A program made the translations under genes and the position numbers. Positions 50,701-61,746 of a stretch of DNA of 64,000 nt are shown here, piece by piece (within the stretch, counting starts at the first letter, position 1; every line of letters starts with the position of its first letter). The DNA comes from Ostrea edulis (lineage: Eukaryota), in assembly GCF_947568905.1 (NCBI RefSeq), contig NC_079172.1, positions 35,712,001-35,776,000 on the forward strand, in the 5' to 3' direction. The notes below the pieces were generated by a model. The model searched no databases, had not been told where the DNA came from, and was given only the letters and a program-made list of their open reading frames with translations.

Positions 50701-53700
50701 GTTGTATGTATTTAATCAAAAATATTTGCTCTTTTATTTTTCAATTTATTTACCGTCAGTTACAGGTTGTATTGCTTTAAACAATAATGTACCTATGGAA
50801 ATTTTAATGGAAGTTTTATTTCATCATACTTTGAGATTTCTTTTTTTAAAAATGCTACTTTCGGAATTGAACATGTCCCTTGACTCTGTAGTGAGATTGG
50901 TTGAAACTGGTCCTGAAGGAGAAGCTGAAAATATGAAACATTAACAAATCCCAATGACTGACAACAGACAAATCTTGATGAGAAAAGTTCAATGGAGGAT
51001 GGGCTCCCGGGAGTTAAACACAACATGTCATCCATCTCATATCTGTTTGATGTTTCTTCAGGATTAATGTGTTTGACATATTTCTGACTAAAGTATCAGT
51101 GTTTTTCACACCAATTTTAAAAGCTACCTCATGCCTTATTGATTTGGGAATTTTTTGGGGGATAATATGAATTTTTCAATGTTGAATTCTTCCACGTTTG
51201 AAAATTTACATACAAATATACAACTATTGATTTTTGTAACTATAGCTTTTTTTTATTACATATATACAACTATTGATTTTTGTAACTATAGCTTTGTTCT
51301 GCGTAAAATGCTTCAAATTCTGTGACATGGCATACACGTCAGAAAGTTGATACTATAAAATATTCTACAAAGGTTTAATGAAACTATGAAAAATATCCTG
51401 TCAGTATCTACTATTTCCCTTTATATCCAGACACTATTTTCAGAAAGTTTGAAATAAATCTTTAATCACTTTTACTCCTTTGGAATTTTTGGCACTATTT
51501 GGGGAATTTTGACACTTTTTGTGATGAGAAACTGCCTGAATAATGTAGCAATTGTTAAATATATATATATATATAAATCACTGACTATCATTAGTACAGC
51601 TATGTGAAATCACCTATCCAGTACCTCTGGTTGTACGCCATTCATCGTGGTCAACTTCCCTCCATCAGTGATGACAATTATCACAGCTGGCTCAAGGTAA
51701 AATGGACACCGCCCCTAACAAAGATAAATTACAACACTTCTATTTCATCAAAAAATATATGATGTGCTTCTTGTCAACTGATATTTTGAAATTTGAAGAC
51801 CAAAACTAATGTAAAATTGATTGGCAAAGATATTCAAAGTCAATATAAAAACCAAACTTCCGAAAGAAACGGAGTTCAACTGACACATGAGTCTGGGTAC
51901 GACTAGTTTTTCTAATTTATATCCCTCTTCTGTTTTGGATTATTACCTGTCCATAGGTGTCTATGCCAGTCTGCATCCTGTTAATATTCAGAAGATCAAA
52001 AGCGTGCTTCAGGGCGGGGCCCATCAGGGTGAGCCCCTGGGTCTGTAAATTCTTCAGTTCATTCACAAATGTAGCATGACTCTCCTTCCAACCGGCCTGT
52101 GTAGCAAAATTCAAATCTTTACCATACAGTTTATCACTTCTGTGTAGCAAATACCATACAGATTATCACTTCTGTTAAGAGCATCAAGGCACTTAGAAAT
52201 AAAATTGTACCATTACATAGATCTATAATAAAAGTAGGAGAAAAGTTCATGTCAATGACCAGACAATTCTCTCAAGAATGTTCACCTTGAGCTTCTGCAA
52301 GTTCAATTTATTCACTCAAACCATATAATGGTACACGAGGAACATACATATCATTACAATTATACATTAGACTTGTCAGAGGTATATGAGAGATAATATG
52401 TAGGCTCAAATATACAAAGTATGTTATAATGGAAAGAGACATGGAAGGCATGGTGGACAGACTATCCAACTACATCATATATTTTTTTAAATAAACAAAT
52501 AGATTTTTTAATGTTCATATGCAAGGCTTTAATTTTTATTCATCAATTAAAGCATTACATTACAGAGGGGGTCTCAACCATATGTCAATAACAATTTATA
52601 TTGTACTTGTCAGTGTCTCCAATTAGTATCCGAGTCATTATTGAGCAATATGCTTGTCCATCTACTAATTTGTATACATTTGATATAGATCTGTGATCTT
52701 TTTTCTTCTGTATTATACATGTTGCCTCCACTGGGCCCATTTGGGAAATAATGTAATCATGGTAGAGTGCATATTTTTTTTCTGCAAGGAAGTTGTTCAG
52801 GCAGCAAGTTTCGCAGTAATACAGCAAACAAAAACATAGCAAAAAATTAATCCAATACGAGGGGAAATACTTCCTGGTAAAGCTCCCTCTAGATCTTGTG
52901 TGGGTGGGCATCTGGGGGGGGGGGGGGGGGGGGGGAGGTTTAGTGATTTAAATGCACCTGATGTGGATCAGTGGATGCATGCTTCATTTTTATACTCCAC
53001 TTACTGCACACATCTAGGCTGCAGATCGTTTTGTAATGAATTCTGATTCAAAGAAGCTTTGTAGTTTATAGTTTTGTCTCCCCTCTTTCAGGGGAGACAT
53101 TTTCTCAGCCTGTCTCACCAAATCTTGTGTACATTTTCCCTCCTGAATGGCTCATCAAATAGACTTGACTATAGACATATTTGTACAATGCTTCATTGCC
53201 ATTTGTAGATGTGCATATTGGTGGGACAGGAGGATCCAATCATTTTCCTAAAAGTTACAGTGGATCTAATAGGGGTGGAGGATGTAAAATAGCTTAAGAG
53301 CACTTCTCCTCCTGTATTATCTGACTTATATCCGAAAGACAAAAAACTTTGTACAATATTTCATTGCCATTTGCATAATGTCAGAACAGGAGGATCCAAT
53401 TATTATCATTAATAGTTTTAGTTGAACTAAAAGGGGTGGAGGGTGTAAAATAGATTGTGAGCACCTCTCCTTCTATGTAGAATGGCTTAAATCCGATATA
53501 CTTGAAACTTTGTATAATGCTTCAATGCCATTTGCAGATGTGCATTTTGTCAGTATAGGAGGATCCTATTTTTATCCTTAGTTATAGTGGATCTATAAGG
53601 AGTGGAGAATGCAAAATAGCTTGTTAACACTTCTCCCATTTGGCTTATTGACCTTAAAAATTTGTAACTTACTTCAATATCATTTAATGATGTTCACATT

Positions 53701-56700
53701 GTTCTAACCCTGGGATCTAATATTTTCCTACAATTGACAGTGGATCAAAGAGGAGTGTTTTATAGCTTTTTTTTTCATGTACAACAGTATGTTCACTTTC
53801 CTACTGGTCTTCAGCATAACAGTCATTATTTTTGTATCATATACAACAACATTTGTTACATCGATGTTTAATCTTTTTTTCTATCTTTTTCCTTAATGCA
53901 CAAAGTGTAGTTCTAATGTATATGTGTTCCTGTGCATGTTTTCTTCTCCACACCATACAGTACATTAAGGGGAGGTGTGTAATTTGGTACACTTTGAATT
54001 TGGGGAAACATTTCTTTTTAACAATATTTTGTTGTTGAAATTTTCTATTAAAACAGTTCCCGACACTAATTTTATAAGGACCTCATTCTGTCTCGCCAAC
54101 ATTTAATTTTCTCATTATGATGGGGAATTGTGTCTTCAGGTGAAAAAATTGAAAATCCCTTTCCACAATTGGAAATTTTGTGTCAAGTTGAGTTGAAAGC
54201 AGTCCTATAAATTTTTATATGCGACTTCATAAATAAGGCCATCAACAGGAAATTGTGAGATTGTTTAAAAAAATCAACTTCAACCTCAATATTAGGTGAG
54301 GAAACAAGAGGCTCATTGGTCACATTGCTCATCTGAATCAAAGTGGTCCATTGTTCAGCTGTTGTGATTTTTAAAGTTTTTTTTTATCTATCTTTATTCT
54401 CACGTAAATGTTGACCCTATATTGTTGCCCCAAGGGATCACAACAAACTCAAAATGAATTCACATAACACAGAGAATCTGAAATGCATCAATACCAATAT
54501 GACTAACATGACCTTACTGTTCTGGATAAGGCCAAGGTCACAGATCATGGTATGATATGAAAGACCTTGCCATAAGAAATCTAGTATATACAAAATACGA
54601 CTGATTTATCTTAAAGGGACTGGTTCCCGTTTTTTTTTAACAAAATATTTTTCGTTTTTAATGTTAAATATCAAAAATATAACCCATTTAAAGTTTAGAC
54701 CTTCTGAATGCAAGGATAAAAGCAATATTTTAGCCTTCACTCTGTATTATGTAAACAAAGACTCGAGTCTTTTTATGTTAACAAACAACCAGTGATATGT
54801 TAATTTTGCTATTTAAAGCATCTTAATTTTGCAGTTACCAATTGCACTTTCAGACGACACATTTTCCCTAAAGGTGCTTGAAATGTTATAGATACAAACT
54901 TAAATCGATATTCAATTCTTTTGAAATCTTCGTAAACAATAACACACTGCAGTCTTTGTTTACAAAACAAATAATAAACTCTCTAAATTGAGCTTCTGTG
55001 ATAATGTATAACCTTAATGTTTTTGTAAACCCTTTCAAATACATTAGACAGCTAGTAGATTTTGATCATTAAAAATGAAAAAAAAAAAATATATGGCAAA
55101 AAATTGTGAGTCAGTCAAGGTCACAATATCAAACATCAAAGTATATCAAGGTCTTGCCATAAAGAACCTACATTAAATAATATGAAAGCCCTACCATAAA
55201 TAATTAAGGAGATATTGAATGGGTCAGGTTTTTTTTTTTAAAGTGGGTCAAACTCCAAGGCCAAAAGATCAAAGAACATTATGTATGCAAGGTCTTGCTG
55301 TAAAGAATCTATGTACAGAATATGAAAGCCCCTAAATACAATAGCTTTAGAGATGTTTAATAGGTTACGTTTTCTTAAAAGTAGGTAAAACTTTTAAGTT
55401 CAAGGTTAATCAATCCTGGTGTGATGTCATGGGTTTTTGCAAAAATTCTTATATTAAACTTTGCGCATGATAGAAAAATATCTTTCAGAGGAATTTTATT
55501 CACTGCATAAAATAAAGAATTTGGTAAACTATTGATTTTGAATTTTTTTTAGATTTTCCATAGATAATCAATTCTTTGTAATTAAAAAAATGTTGTCAAG
55601 GGCAATATATTTCTTCTACTGCATGTCTATTATACATGATTTCCCTAATATCCACAATCAATTTATACATATTTATGAATTAATTTTCTTTTTAAACTGT
55701 TGACATTTAAAATTTGTCATTTCAACAAGTTTTTATCTATTTTAATTATTCTGTATAACGAAAATGTGTGATTTTCTGATGTTAACATATTAGATGTCGG
55801 ACATAAAAAAAACAGAAGTATATCATATACTTCTGTTTTTTTTTTATGTCCGACATCTTTAAAAATGTGGCAACATGCACATTTTCTTTGGTTTATATTG
55901 ATTAAATTCAACTATCTTTAATGCAGATTTTGCACTTTTAACCATTAATATTGATAAGTCACATGAGGATCGACCCACCTTAAATAGTTAAAGAGATATT
56001 TTTAAAGATATTTCGAATCCTGTTTATCAGCTTACAACAATTTTGATCTCCAATTGAGGCCCCACCCTACATCCGGAGACCAAGAATTGCTCAAATGTGG
56101 ATATACTTTATGGCCAACCCAATTTTTGCATTTTCATGATTATTCCCCCTTTGAAGGGGGCATGGCCCTACATTTACACAAACTTGACTCTCTTCACCCA
56201 AGGATGATTTGTACCAAGTTTGATTGAAATTGACCTTGTGATTCTGGTTATACATACAGTGTATATTATGTTCCTCTCTGGTATTTAAGAAAGTTGCATT
56301 GTTCCATATATGAACCTGTGACGATTTTTCTTGCATGAATTATATTTCTTGTACCTCATGTACCTTTTAACATGGTTTGAGCAAATAAATTGAATTGAGA
56401 AGAAAATGAAAATGTGGAAAGTTTACAGACAGACAAAAGGTGATCAGAATAGCTCACTGTTAGGTGGGTTAAAAAAAACCACAGCACTGTGACAGCAGAA
56501 TATTACTTTGATATATATCATACAAATAATTTTTCTTTGAATGTTTGAATTGATCCAACTCACAGGAGTATATTCTGCACTTTGATTTATTTATAAATGT
56601 ATTTATTCATGTATTTGTTATTGAGTAGATTTTTTTGTTTTAAATTGCGATATATAAAAATTTGAATCCATATTGTGGCCTAAACCTACCTCTGGGGCAC

Positions 56701-59700
56701 TAATTTGACAAAACTTAAGTTTGCACTCCTACAGATGAAACATATTAAATATGGTATATCTAATACTCATCCTGTTGGTCTTGAAAATAAGATGTTTAAA
56801 GATTTGCTCCTTTAATTATATTAAGTAAAACTATGATGAGAAATTTTCTGGAGTTTGGAGACTTCTTACTATATATCTCCATGTAAACCTTTGATCCCCT
56901 ATCATTGGCCCCACCTGCTACAAGTTCCCGGCGAGATACTTTTGACTTGGCGCCGCGAAGGTATATAAGGGACGTTAACCAAGGCTCCAACTTGTTGGGA
57001 GCATGGCCCTACCCTACCACCTGGACCACAAATAGATCAAATGAATCTGTACTTTCTGAGGCCACATTTAAAAATATGTTTGTTTCCCCTCTCCCGACCC
57101 TAAATTTCAGAGGAAGGTCGGTAGGTAGGTAAAAAGTTTGTTTTTTTTTTAGCTAGCAGAATTTTATTTATTATGAAATTCCCATAACCATTAACAATGC
57201 CCGATACCAAACGTCGTGAAGCACATCATCCATGTTTCCTCATCAAACTCGTATAGTCAGTTCTCGCGTAAATTCTGCTTTGATTGCCACGTTTTGCAAT
57301 TAGGGAAGGTGTCGATATTTCGGACAGTACTTCATGTATTTTGGAAATGCTCATTATCTAACCACTAAACTTAGGCATTGGACTACATGTATACATATTG
57401 GTTGATTCGACGAACATTGGGTTTCATCAGAATTTTCTCTGCTATTTATGCCACATACTAACACTTAAATAAAGTTAGGGAGAATGTTGCAACTATGGAC
57501 AATGGTGTTAGTTTTGGACACATGGTGTTATAAAATTGGTAAACTCCGTTGCGGTCTTTTATTTATGGTTCACTGACATTTTATGCTTTTGTTTTTTGCA
57601 CATTATCTTAATTTGTATATGATAGTGATTTTGATTATATTTTTAAATGATATCGGTAGATCTAGTTTACCAGAAAACGTTTTAACGGGACTTGATTTTG
57701 CCGATCAAACAAAATGGATGCTGACATCAACCAATCAGAGCTGAGTTACACATGTGCATATAATTAGGTGTTTTCCAGTTTGTAAATATAGCATTAGTTC
57801 AGAAATAAGTTAAATTGAGAATGCTTCTGATTGACTGTCAAAAATATCGCATCCGTCCGAAATATCAACACTTTCCCCTACTGAAGAACACAACTTGCAC
57901 ACTGGATGTCCCGAATTCTCTTGTTTCCTCGCTCCTCGTATAGACAACATTTCTCCATCTCGATCTTGCAGATCACTAGTCCGAATTGCAAGCCGAATTC
58001 AATGTTAAACTCACTTGTAACTTATCAATAAAACAATCATGATTCTTGTACTTATTAATATCGATTAAAAGAAAATATCAATCCAAAATTCGATATTAAA
58101 CAGAAACCAACAGTTGTAGTCAACCGAATTTTCACTGCCATTTGAGCAAACGAGTCTCGTGACTCAAAACAAAGCTCGACAGTTTGATAAAATGTTTTCA
58201 AGAGACTGTTTATGTGATGAAAGAACCCATAAAATCGATATTAGTAAGTACAAGAAGAATCGTTTTATTGATTAGTTATGAGCTTAAAATTGAATTCGGC
58301 TTGTAAGCATTTGAAATCAGCCAGAGAATGCCGCCTCCAGCTGGAGGCGGCGAAATTTCTAGATTTCGGACCAGAACACCTCCTGTATTCGTATTATTAT
58401 TTTTTAATTTTGGATCGAAACCAAAGAAGATATAGAAAATTTTTGTCATTATAAAATACTGATCTGCACCAGAAATGACCTTGAAATTTTCTTAAAATCA
58501 AAAAAAAAAACTTCACCAGAATGGCGTAATAAAAACTTATGGGTCGGTGTGAATTTTCAGACTCGGTCGGGCGAGGGGAAACAAACAATATTTTTATTTT
58601 GGCCTGAGGAGGCTCACATAATAGGGTGGGTATTTTTACCGCCAGACACGCTCGATCACCTTAAATATTATGTATATATTAAAATAAATACCCAAAATAG
58701 ACCATATGTGAATAATTCAACGTATTTAATTCTCATAATGAACTTATATTATTAATGTGATAGAATACTGTAAAAGTTTTGTACAACCAACGCCAAACAT
58801 CTGTATACTACTGTCGAACACCTAAGATGTGCTTTATAGTATGAAAGGTGGGTATCATGATTCTTGTAACAAATATCATAAATAAACTACGATGTTTTTA
58901 GCATTTTTCAAAACCTAAAAATAGGAAAATGCAACAAATTTCGTGTGTATCTAGGCCTATCTGTGACCCGATAAATCACCGCCTAAGTGGTCTTGCGGAA
59001 AAGTGCTCTGGTAACATTTCATAATTCAGCGCCAAGTAGGCCTACTCACTTTTTGTAGGTGTTTATGCCTCAAGTTAACTGAATAAATATAAAACTTTGG
59101 AATACAAAGTGTATTCTTTCATTATTTTTGGAAATACATCAAGTGTTTGGAGGTTTTGCAGTGTTCGGCTGTGTCTGGCAGTAAAAATACCTACCGCACA
59201 TAATAGGATTAATCATGCATGGTCAGGTCATGTTGCTTAAGGAAAAGATTTAAAAAATATTTTTCCTTATTACTACCATATAAAACTTTTGTTTCTCTAT
59301 TGTGGCCCCATCCTAATGCTCATGCCCACGAGTTTGAACAAACTTGAATTTACAATACCCAGGGATGCCTACATATATGACTAATCATGGCCCTGCTGTT
59401 CTTGACAAGTTTTTTCCTGTATACCTTTACGTCATGACATCAGGGATTTTTTTTACCCCTTGATTCCAGGGGCCAAGGCCTTCAAGTTTGGGAAAAATAA
59501 CGATATTTCATTGAAATTGGGAAATTTGTTTCATACAAATAAATAAGAAAAACAAGGAAAAACTTAACCATTTCATAATCAAGGTGGCTTAAACAAGCTT
59601 TAATTTCTAGTTTTTGACAGAGAGAAAAAAATGTTTTGCAACAGAATGGCACCAAGGTTGGATGGCGCCTCATGGCATATTCTCATGAAAGCATCCATCA

Positions 59701-61137
59701 TTAGGGAATTTTAAGGCATCATTTTAAGAAAAACACCTGCTCTTTAGCATTGGGAATGGGGTCGAATTTCGACCCTCTATAGACCCTTAAAAAAGTCCCT
59801 GGACATGCAAGACTTTCATTCCATATTGCAGTCTTGTCCTACCCCCAGGGATCATGAATAGACAAAATTGAATTTTCCATATTTAAAAAAGCATCCACAT
59901 AAATTTAGTCTTTGTTGACCCAGTGGTTCTCAAGATTTTTAAATGATCCCTACTCAAGATTTGGCTTTTCTTGATCATCTTCATTTGAACTAAGCATATT
60001 CTGACAGATGAAATTTTTAAAGCTGATGATGCCAACTGACAAAGCTCAATTGTTGGAGCATTTGGTTCTGGTGAGCTTAAAAACTGCTCTGCAATCAATA
60101 GCTAAACTTGGCATAATATATGGTTATTTCGCCATAGCTAAACACCTGCACTTTACAGGTTTAATATCTAATACATGTTACTTTTGGCTTTTACCCGTAA
60201 TGACCTAAATCATCCCTCCCCCACCTGTCATCCTGTGATGGAAAACCATTGAACCATGACTCAGACTGCATGCTACGTGCGTCTTCGGACTGTATGCTAA
60301 GTGTATACCTTTCTTCTTGTTCTTATACATAAATTGCTTTCAATTCAAGGCAATATATAGACTAGCTTTTTTTTTATTTATTGACATATCAAAATAGCAA
60401 CAGAAAGTAACAAAAGGGTTGAAAATCTTTGATCCACCACCATTTAATTCCCCGTGTTAAACATTTCCTGTCTTCTCTCTCTCTCTCTCTCTCTTTTTTT
60501 CCTTCATATTTTAGATCTACAGCCTTGTCATCATTTCGATGTAAAATATCTTAAAACAACACTTTATGTCCTAGGTTTTGTGAGTTGTAAGAGAGTTTTT
60601 GTAAAATTACCCCTTGGTAGCCCCAAATACATTATGCAAATTAACGACAATAACCCACAATGCATTTTCCTTCCCTGCCAGAAGCAAATGGCGGAGAAAC
60701 AGTAACAAGCAAGTCAGTTGTTCTCCAGATTTTATTCAACGAAAGCGCGGCGTGATAGCTGTTATCATTATCTTGTTTGGTCTACAGCGACTGTCCTGTT
60801 ATGGAATTTACATTTACGGATGGAATTCCACGCGTCTTGCTCAAATAAACGAAATATTTACCTTGATATTTGCAGGCGGGTCTTCGAAAGTCAGGAGCAT
60901 GTATCGATCCCATCTGCAATTTGGATCCCTTGATCTTATCTAAACATAATAAAATTACACACACTATAAAATCGAAACTTACGACCTAAAGCGACCTTCG
61001 GATCGTCTTAATTCGAGTGTTTTTACCTTCATGAAAGTCTCTACCGAGGCTTTGGCAATATCAATCAGAGAAGTTCCCAAATAAGAACGCTGGTTCATAG
61101 AAGCACTTGTATCAACGAGAAATAAAATGATTGTCAT
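31305..61137 (-). CDS. INTS6: Integrator complex subunit 6, 18 coding exons, 2640 nt, 879 aa
   Basis: join(61027..61137,60862..60939,51947..52096,51625..51714,49151..49337,48492..48659,47995..48212,45862..46147,43004..43098,41325..41435,39196..39275,38083..38232,36571..36674,36005..36138,35023..35122,34474..34587,32003..32269,31305..31501). All intron phases are compatible. VWA N-terminus MTIILFLVDTSASMNQR, KEPFRWDQR, FDKYELEPSPLTQ, HTFGNPFK and C-terminal KELKKPGRNY..EAERFKKK match INTS6 as I recall it. Confidence 0.95.
32003..32269 (-). CDS. INTS6: INTS6 exon 17
   Basis: DNEVEENNVSEQEDED..HNTRLKHSVFKELKKPGR|GTAAGT. Confidence 0.88.
32598..32916. mobile_element. TA-flanked Tc1/mariner-like MITE with a triplicated left end
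   Basis: ta|cagtaaaacatggttata.. repeated three times at ~72-nt spacing; right end ..aaattactg|ta. Confidence 0.55.
33199..34354. mobile_element. Non-autonomous Tc1/mariner-type element with TA TSD
   Basis: ta|cagtataatctgtctaaactgg .. ccggtttggacaaattatactg|ta. Confidence 0.8.
34474..34587 (-). CDS. INTS6: INTS6 exon 16
   Basis: GPIPKDYVFSRTPTPSPPSSPVPDQMMEAEFNVDPEPP; the donor CAG|GTTTGT was chosen on phase compatibility. Confidence 0.7.
34685..35000. repeat. ~29-bp degenerate minisatellite in INTS6 intron 15
   Basis: aatcccataatctgaacatgttctac-like units. Confidence 0.85.
35023..35122 (-). CDS. INTS6: INTS6 exon 15
   Basis: MNMVDEADDPTIDKPSKRRSLETPPPGPKRRKV. Confidence 0.85.
35195..35960. 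repeat. ~40-bp minisatellite with variable (GT)n, filling most of INTS6 intron 14
   Basis: (gt)n-gatggtacaagttacgtagggaggttacaag units. Confidence 0.92.
36005..36138 (-). CDS. INTS6: INTS6 exon 14 (probable GC donor)
   Basis: QAHSIPVQQMGNYQDYLK..HTFGNPFKVK|GCAAGT. Confidence 0.88.
36571..36674 (-). CDS. INTS6: INTS6 exon 13
   Basis: NPYDIPRKNLIDQIARMRSNFLQKSYHRTKLVDD. Confidence 0.92.
36870..37289. mobile_element. 420-bp MITE with 15-bp perfect TIR and 6-bp TSD
   Basis: tgcata|cagtctatgcgaaag..ctttcgcatagactg|tgcata. Confidence 0.82.
37338..37680 (-). repeat. Penelope-like 3' terminus with a 52-bp internal segment amplified ~5x
   Basis: tgaaaggtgaagataacgaacagtgatcaatctc followed by units of agagtaaacatgg(t/a)ccactggatataccagaggtgggatcaggtgcctagga. 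Confidence 0.8.
37810..38105. repeat. ~27-bp tandem array derived from the INTS6 exon 12 3' end and donor
   Basis: Minus-strand unit catcagaccacagtactatag|gtaggt equals the exon end plus donor. Confidence 0.88.
38083..38232 (-). CDS. INTS6: INTS6 exon 12
   Basis: TKTSILQRRDFNQLLQ..DKDIRPQYY. Confidence 0.88.
38551..39068. mobile_element. TTAA-flanked MITE (Kolobok/piggyBac-like); second copy at ~54635-55120
   Basis: ttaa|agggactggttcacgatttt..aaaatcgtgaatcagtccct|ttaa. Confidence 0.8.
39196..39275 (-). CDS. INTS6: INTS6 exon 11
   Basis: AKIEMDRLIASVGQKIPVHEGIKVDS. Confidence 0.92.
39318..41087. repeat. 49-bp minisatellite, ~36 highly homogeneous copies, INTS6 intron 10
   Basis: tctcacatcagacacgcctcagtaatggaatcacaaagactggtgactc with acacgcc/aacactgc/acacggc variants. 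Confidence 0.97.
41325..41435 (-). CDS. INTS6: INTS6 exon 10
   Basis: PLKRALARMGAPNLVPENMDNSLSYSVITYLKKLKNQ. Confidence 0.93.
43004..43098 (-). CDS. INTS6: INTS6 exon 9
   Basis: DELFKVHKFKPTQKWRGQFDAYLKTMPSYYAG. Confidence 0.95.
44978..45286. mobile_element. TTAA-flanked MITE with GGAGGTA TIRs and a tRNA-like core
   Basis: ttaa|ggaggtactctaca..tgtagcatacctcc|ttaa; internal tagctgaatagctc..ggttcgattcc. Confidence 0.82.
45588..45702. repeat. 30-bp tandem x4
   Basis: cattcaacacggactgaaatagcaagcctt. Confidence 0.9.
45862..46147 (-). CDS. INTS6: INTS6 exon 8
   Basis: PPRSAHPVVKF..FDKYELEPSPLTQYILER..PYNYPVLLPLL. Confidence 0.95.
47995..48212 (-). CDS. INTS6: INTS6 exon 7
   Basis: ENQDIN..WHNCRRLIYVPRS..GHWPIPEAFWPDSTNSTL. 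Confidence 0.92.
48492..48659 (-). CDS. INTS6: INTS6 exon 6
   Basis: RSYAVHTQKMLNGALESLVQKVQGGVVINFEK. Confidence 0.93.
49151..49337 (-). CDS. INTS6: INTS6 exon 5
   Basis: INLPMNSVVPGSELTKEPFRWDQR..MCDVTGG. Confidence 0.95.
51625..51714 (-). CDS. INTS6: INTS6 exon 4
   Basis: GRCPFYLEPAVIIVITDGGKLTTMNGVQPE. Confidence 0.95.
51947..52096 (-). CDS. INTS6: INTS6 exon 3
   Basis: AGWKESHATFVNELKNLQ..GIDTYGQ. Confidence 0.95.
57060..58604. mobile_element. Non-autonomous TIR element with GGCC termini and 3-bp TGA TSD (PIF/Harbinger-like), containing a nested MITE at 57986-58306
   Basis: tga|ggcca..atgtttgtttcccctctcccgacc vs ggtcgggcgaggggaaacaaacaata..tggcc|tga. The nested element has ~80-bp inverted arms starting caagccgaattcaat. 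Confidence 0.72.
60862..60939 (-). CDS. INTS6: INTS6 exon 2
   Basis: AG|IRSRDPNCRWDRYMLLTFEDPPANIK|GT. Confidence 0.95.
61027..61137 (-). CDS. INTS6: INTS6 exon 1
   Basis: MTIILFLVDTSASMNQRSYLGTSLIDIAKASVETFMK|GT. Confidence 0.95.
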
Positions 61138-61650
61138 GATTAGAATTCATCTGAAGGACCTGATATGTCTTAGATGAGGAGATTAAAGCTGTCATTCAGA
61201 GCTTGACATACCCCGTCCGCTACGTACCGCGGCGCACTACAAAGTGCTGCCTTACAAAGCCGTTTGCACGCCACGATAATATGTCACGTGATCTCTTCGC
61301 CATTACGCATTTTCATTGGATTAGACGGGGAGTTGCAGTAATTTGTTCTTTCATTTTCTATAGGTAGTTTATGATTTACTGAATTTTGAAATAGAATTGT
61401 GTATAATTGAAATATTTAGTGTTTTCAATGCGTTAATCTTCATTTAACCCTTGTCATGTGTATTTCTAATCCTTGAAATCACTCTGGCAGGACCTCCGAG
61501 ATACAATTAGTACTCCCTTCCAGTAGTGCTGATCAATCGACACATTCGAGTCATATTTGTTAATTAACGTTCGTCATGTTACACAAGTCTTTGATTCGTG
61601 ATGTGTTTGATTATTTTTACAATATTTTTTTTAATTCATTGACAGGATTT
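61138..61650. promoter_or_regulatory. Probable bidirectional promoter between INTS6 and the LRR-FN3 gene
   Basis: Divergent ATGs ~610 bp apart; CpG-rich patch 61210-61330; GTCACGTGAT E-box at 61283-61292. Confidence 0.6.
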
Positions 61651-61746
61651 CCTTGATACGATCGAAATGTAATTGAAAATACCCCGGATGTAAACATCTA
61701 AATATATATTCCACGTGGTATTGTTTACAACTACGAGCACGTGTTT

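Noticed and set aside
60614-60943. 109-aa plus-strand ORF with a hydrophobic stretch
   Set aside because: It is antisense to INTS6 exon 2 and its intron, starts at a non-ATG codon and has no recognisable homology.
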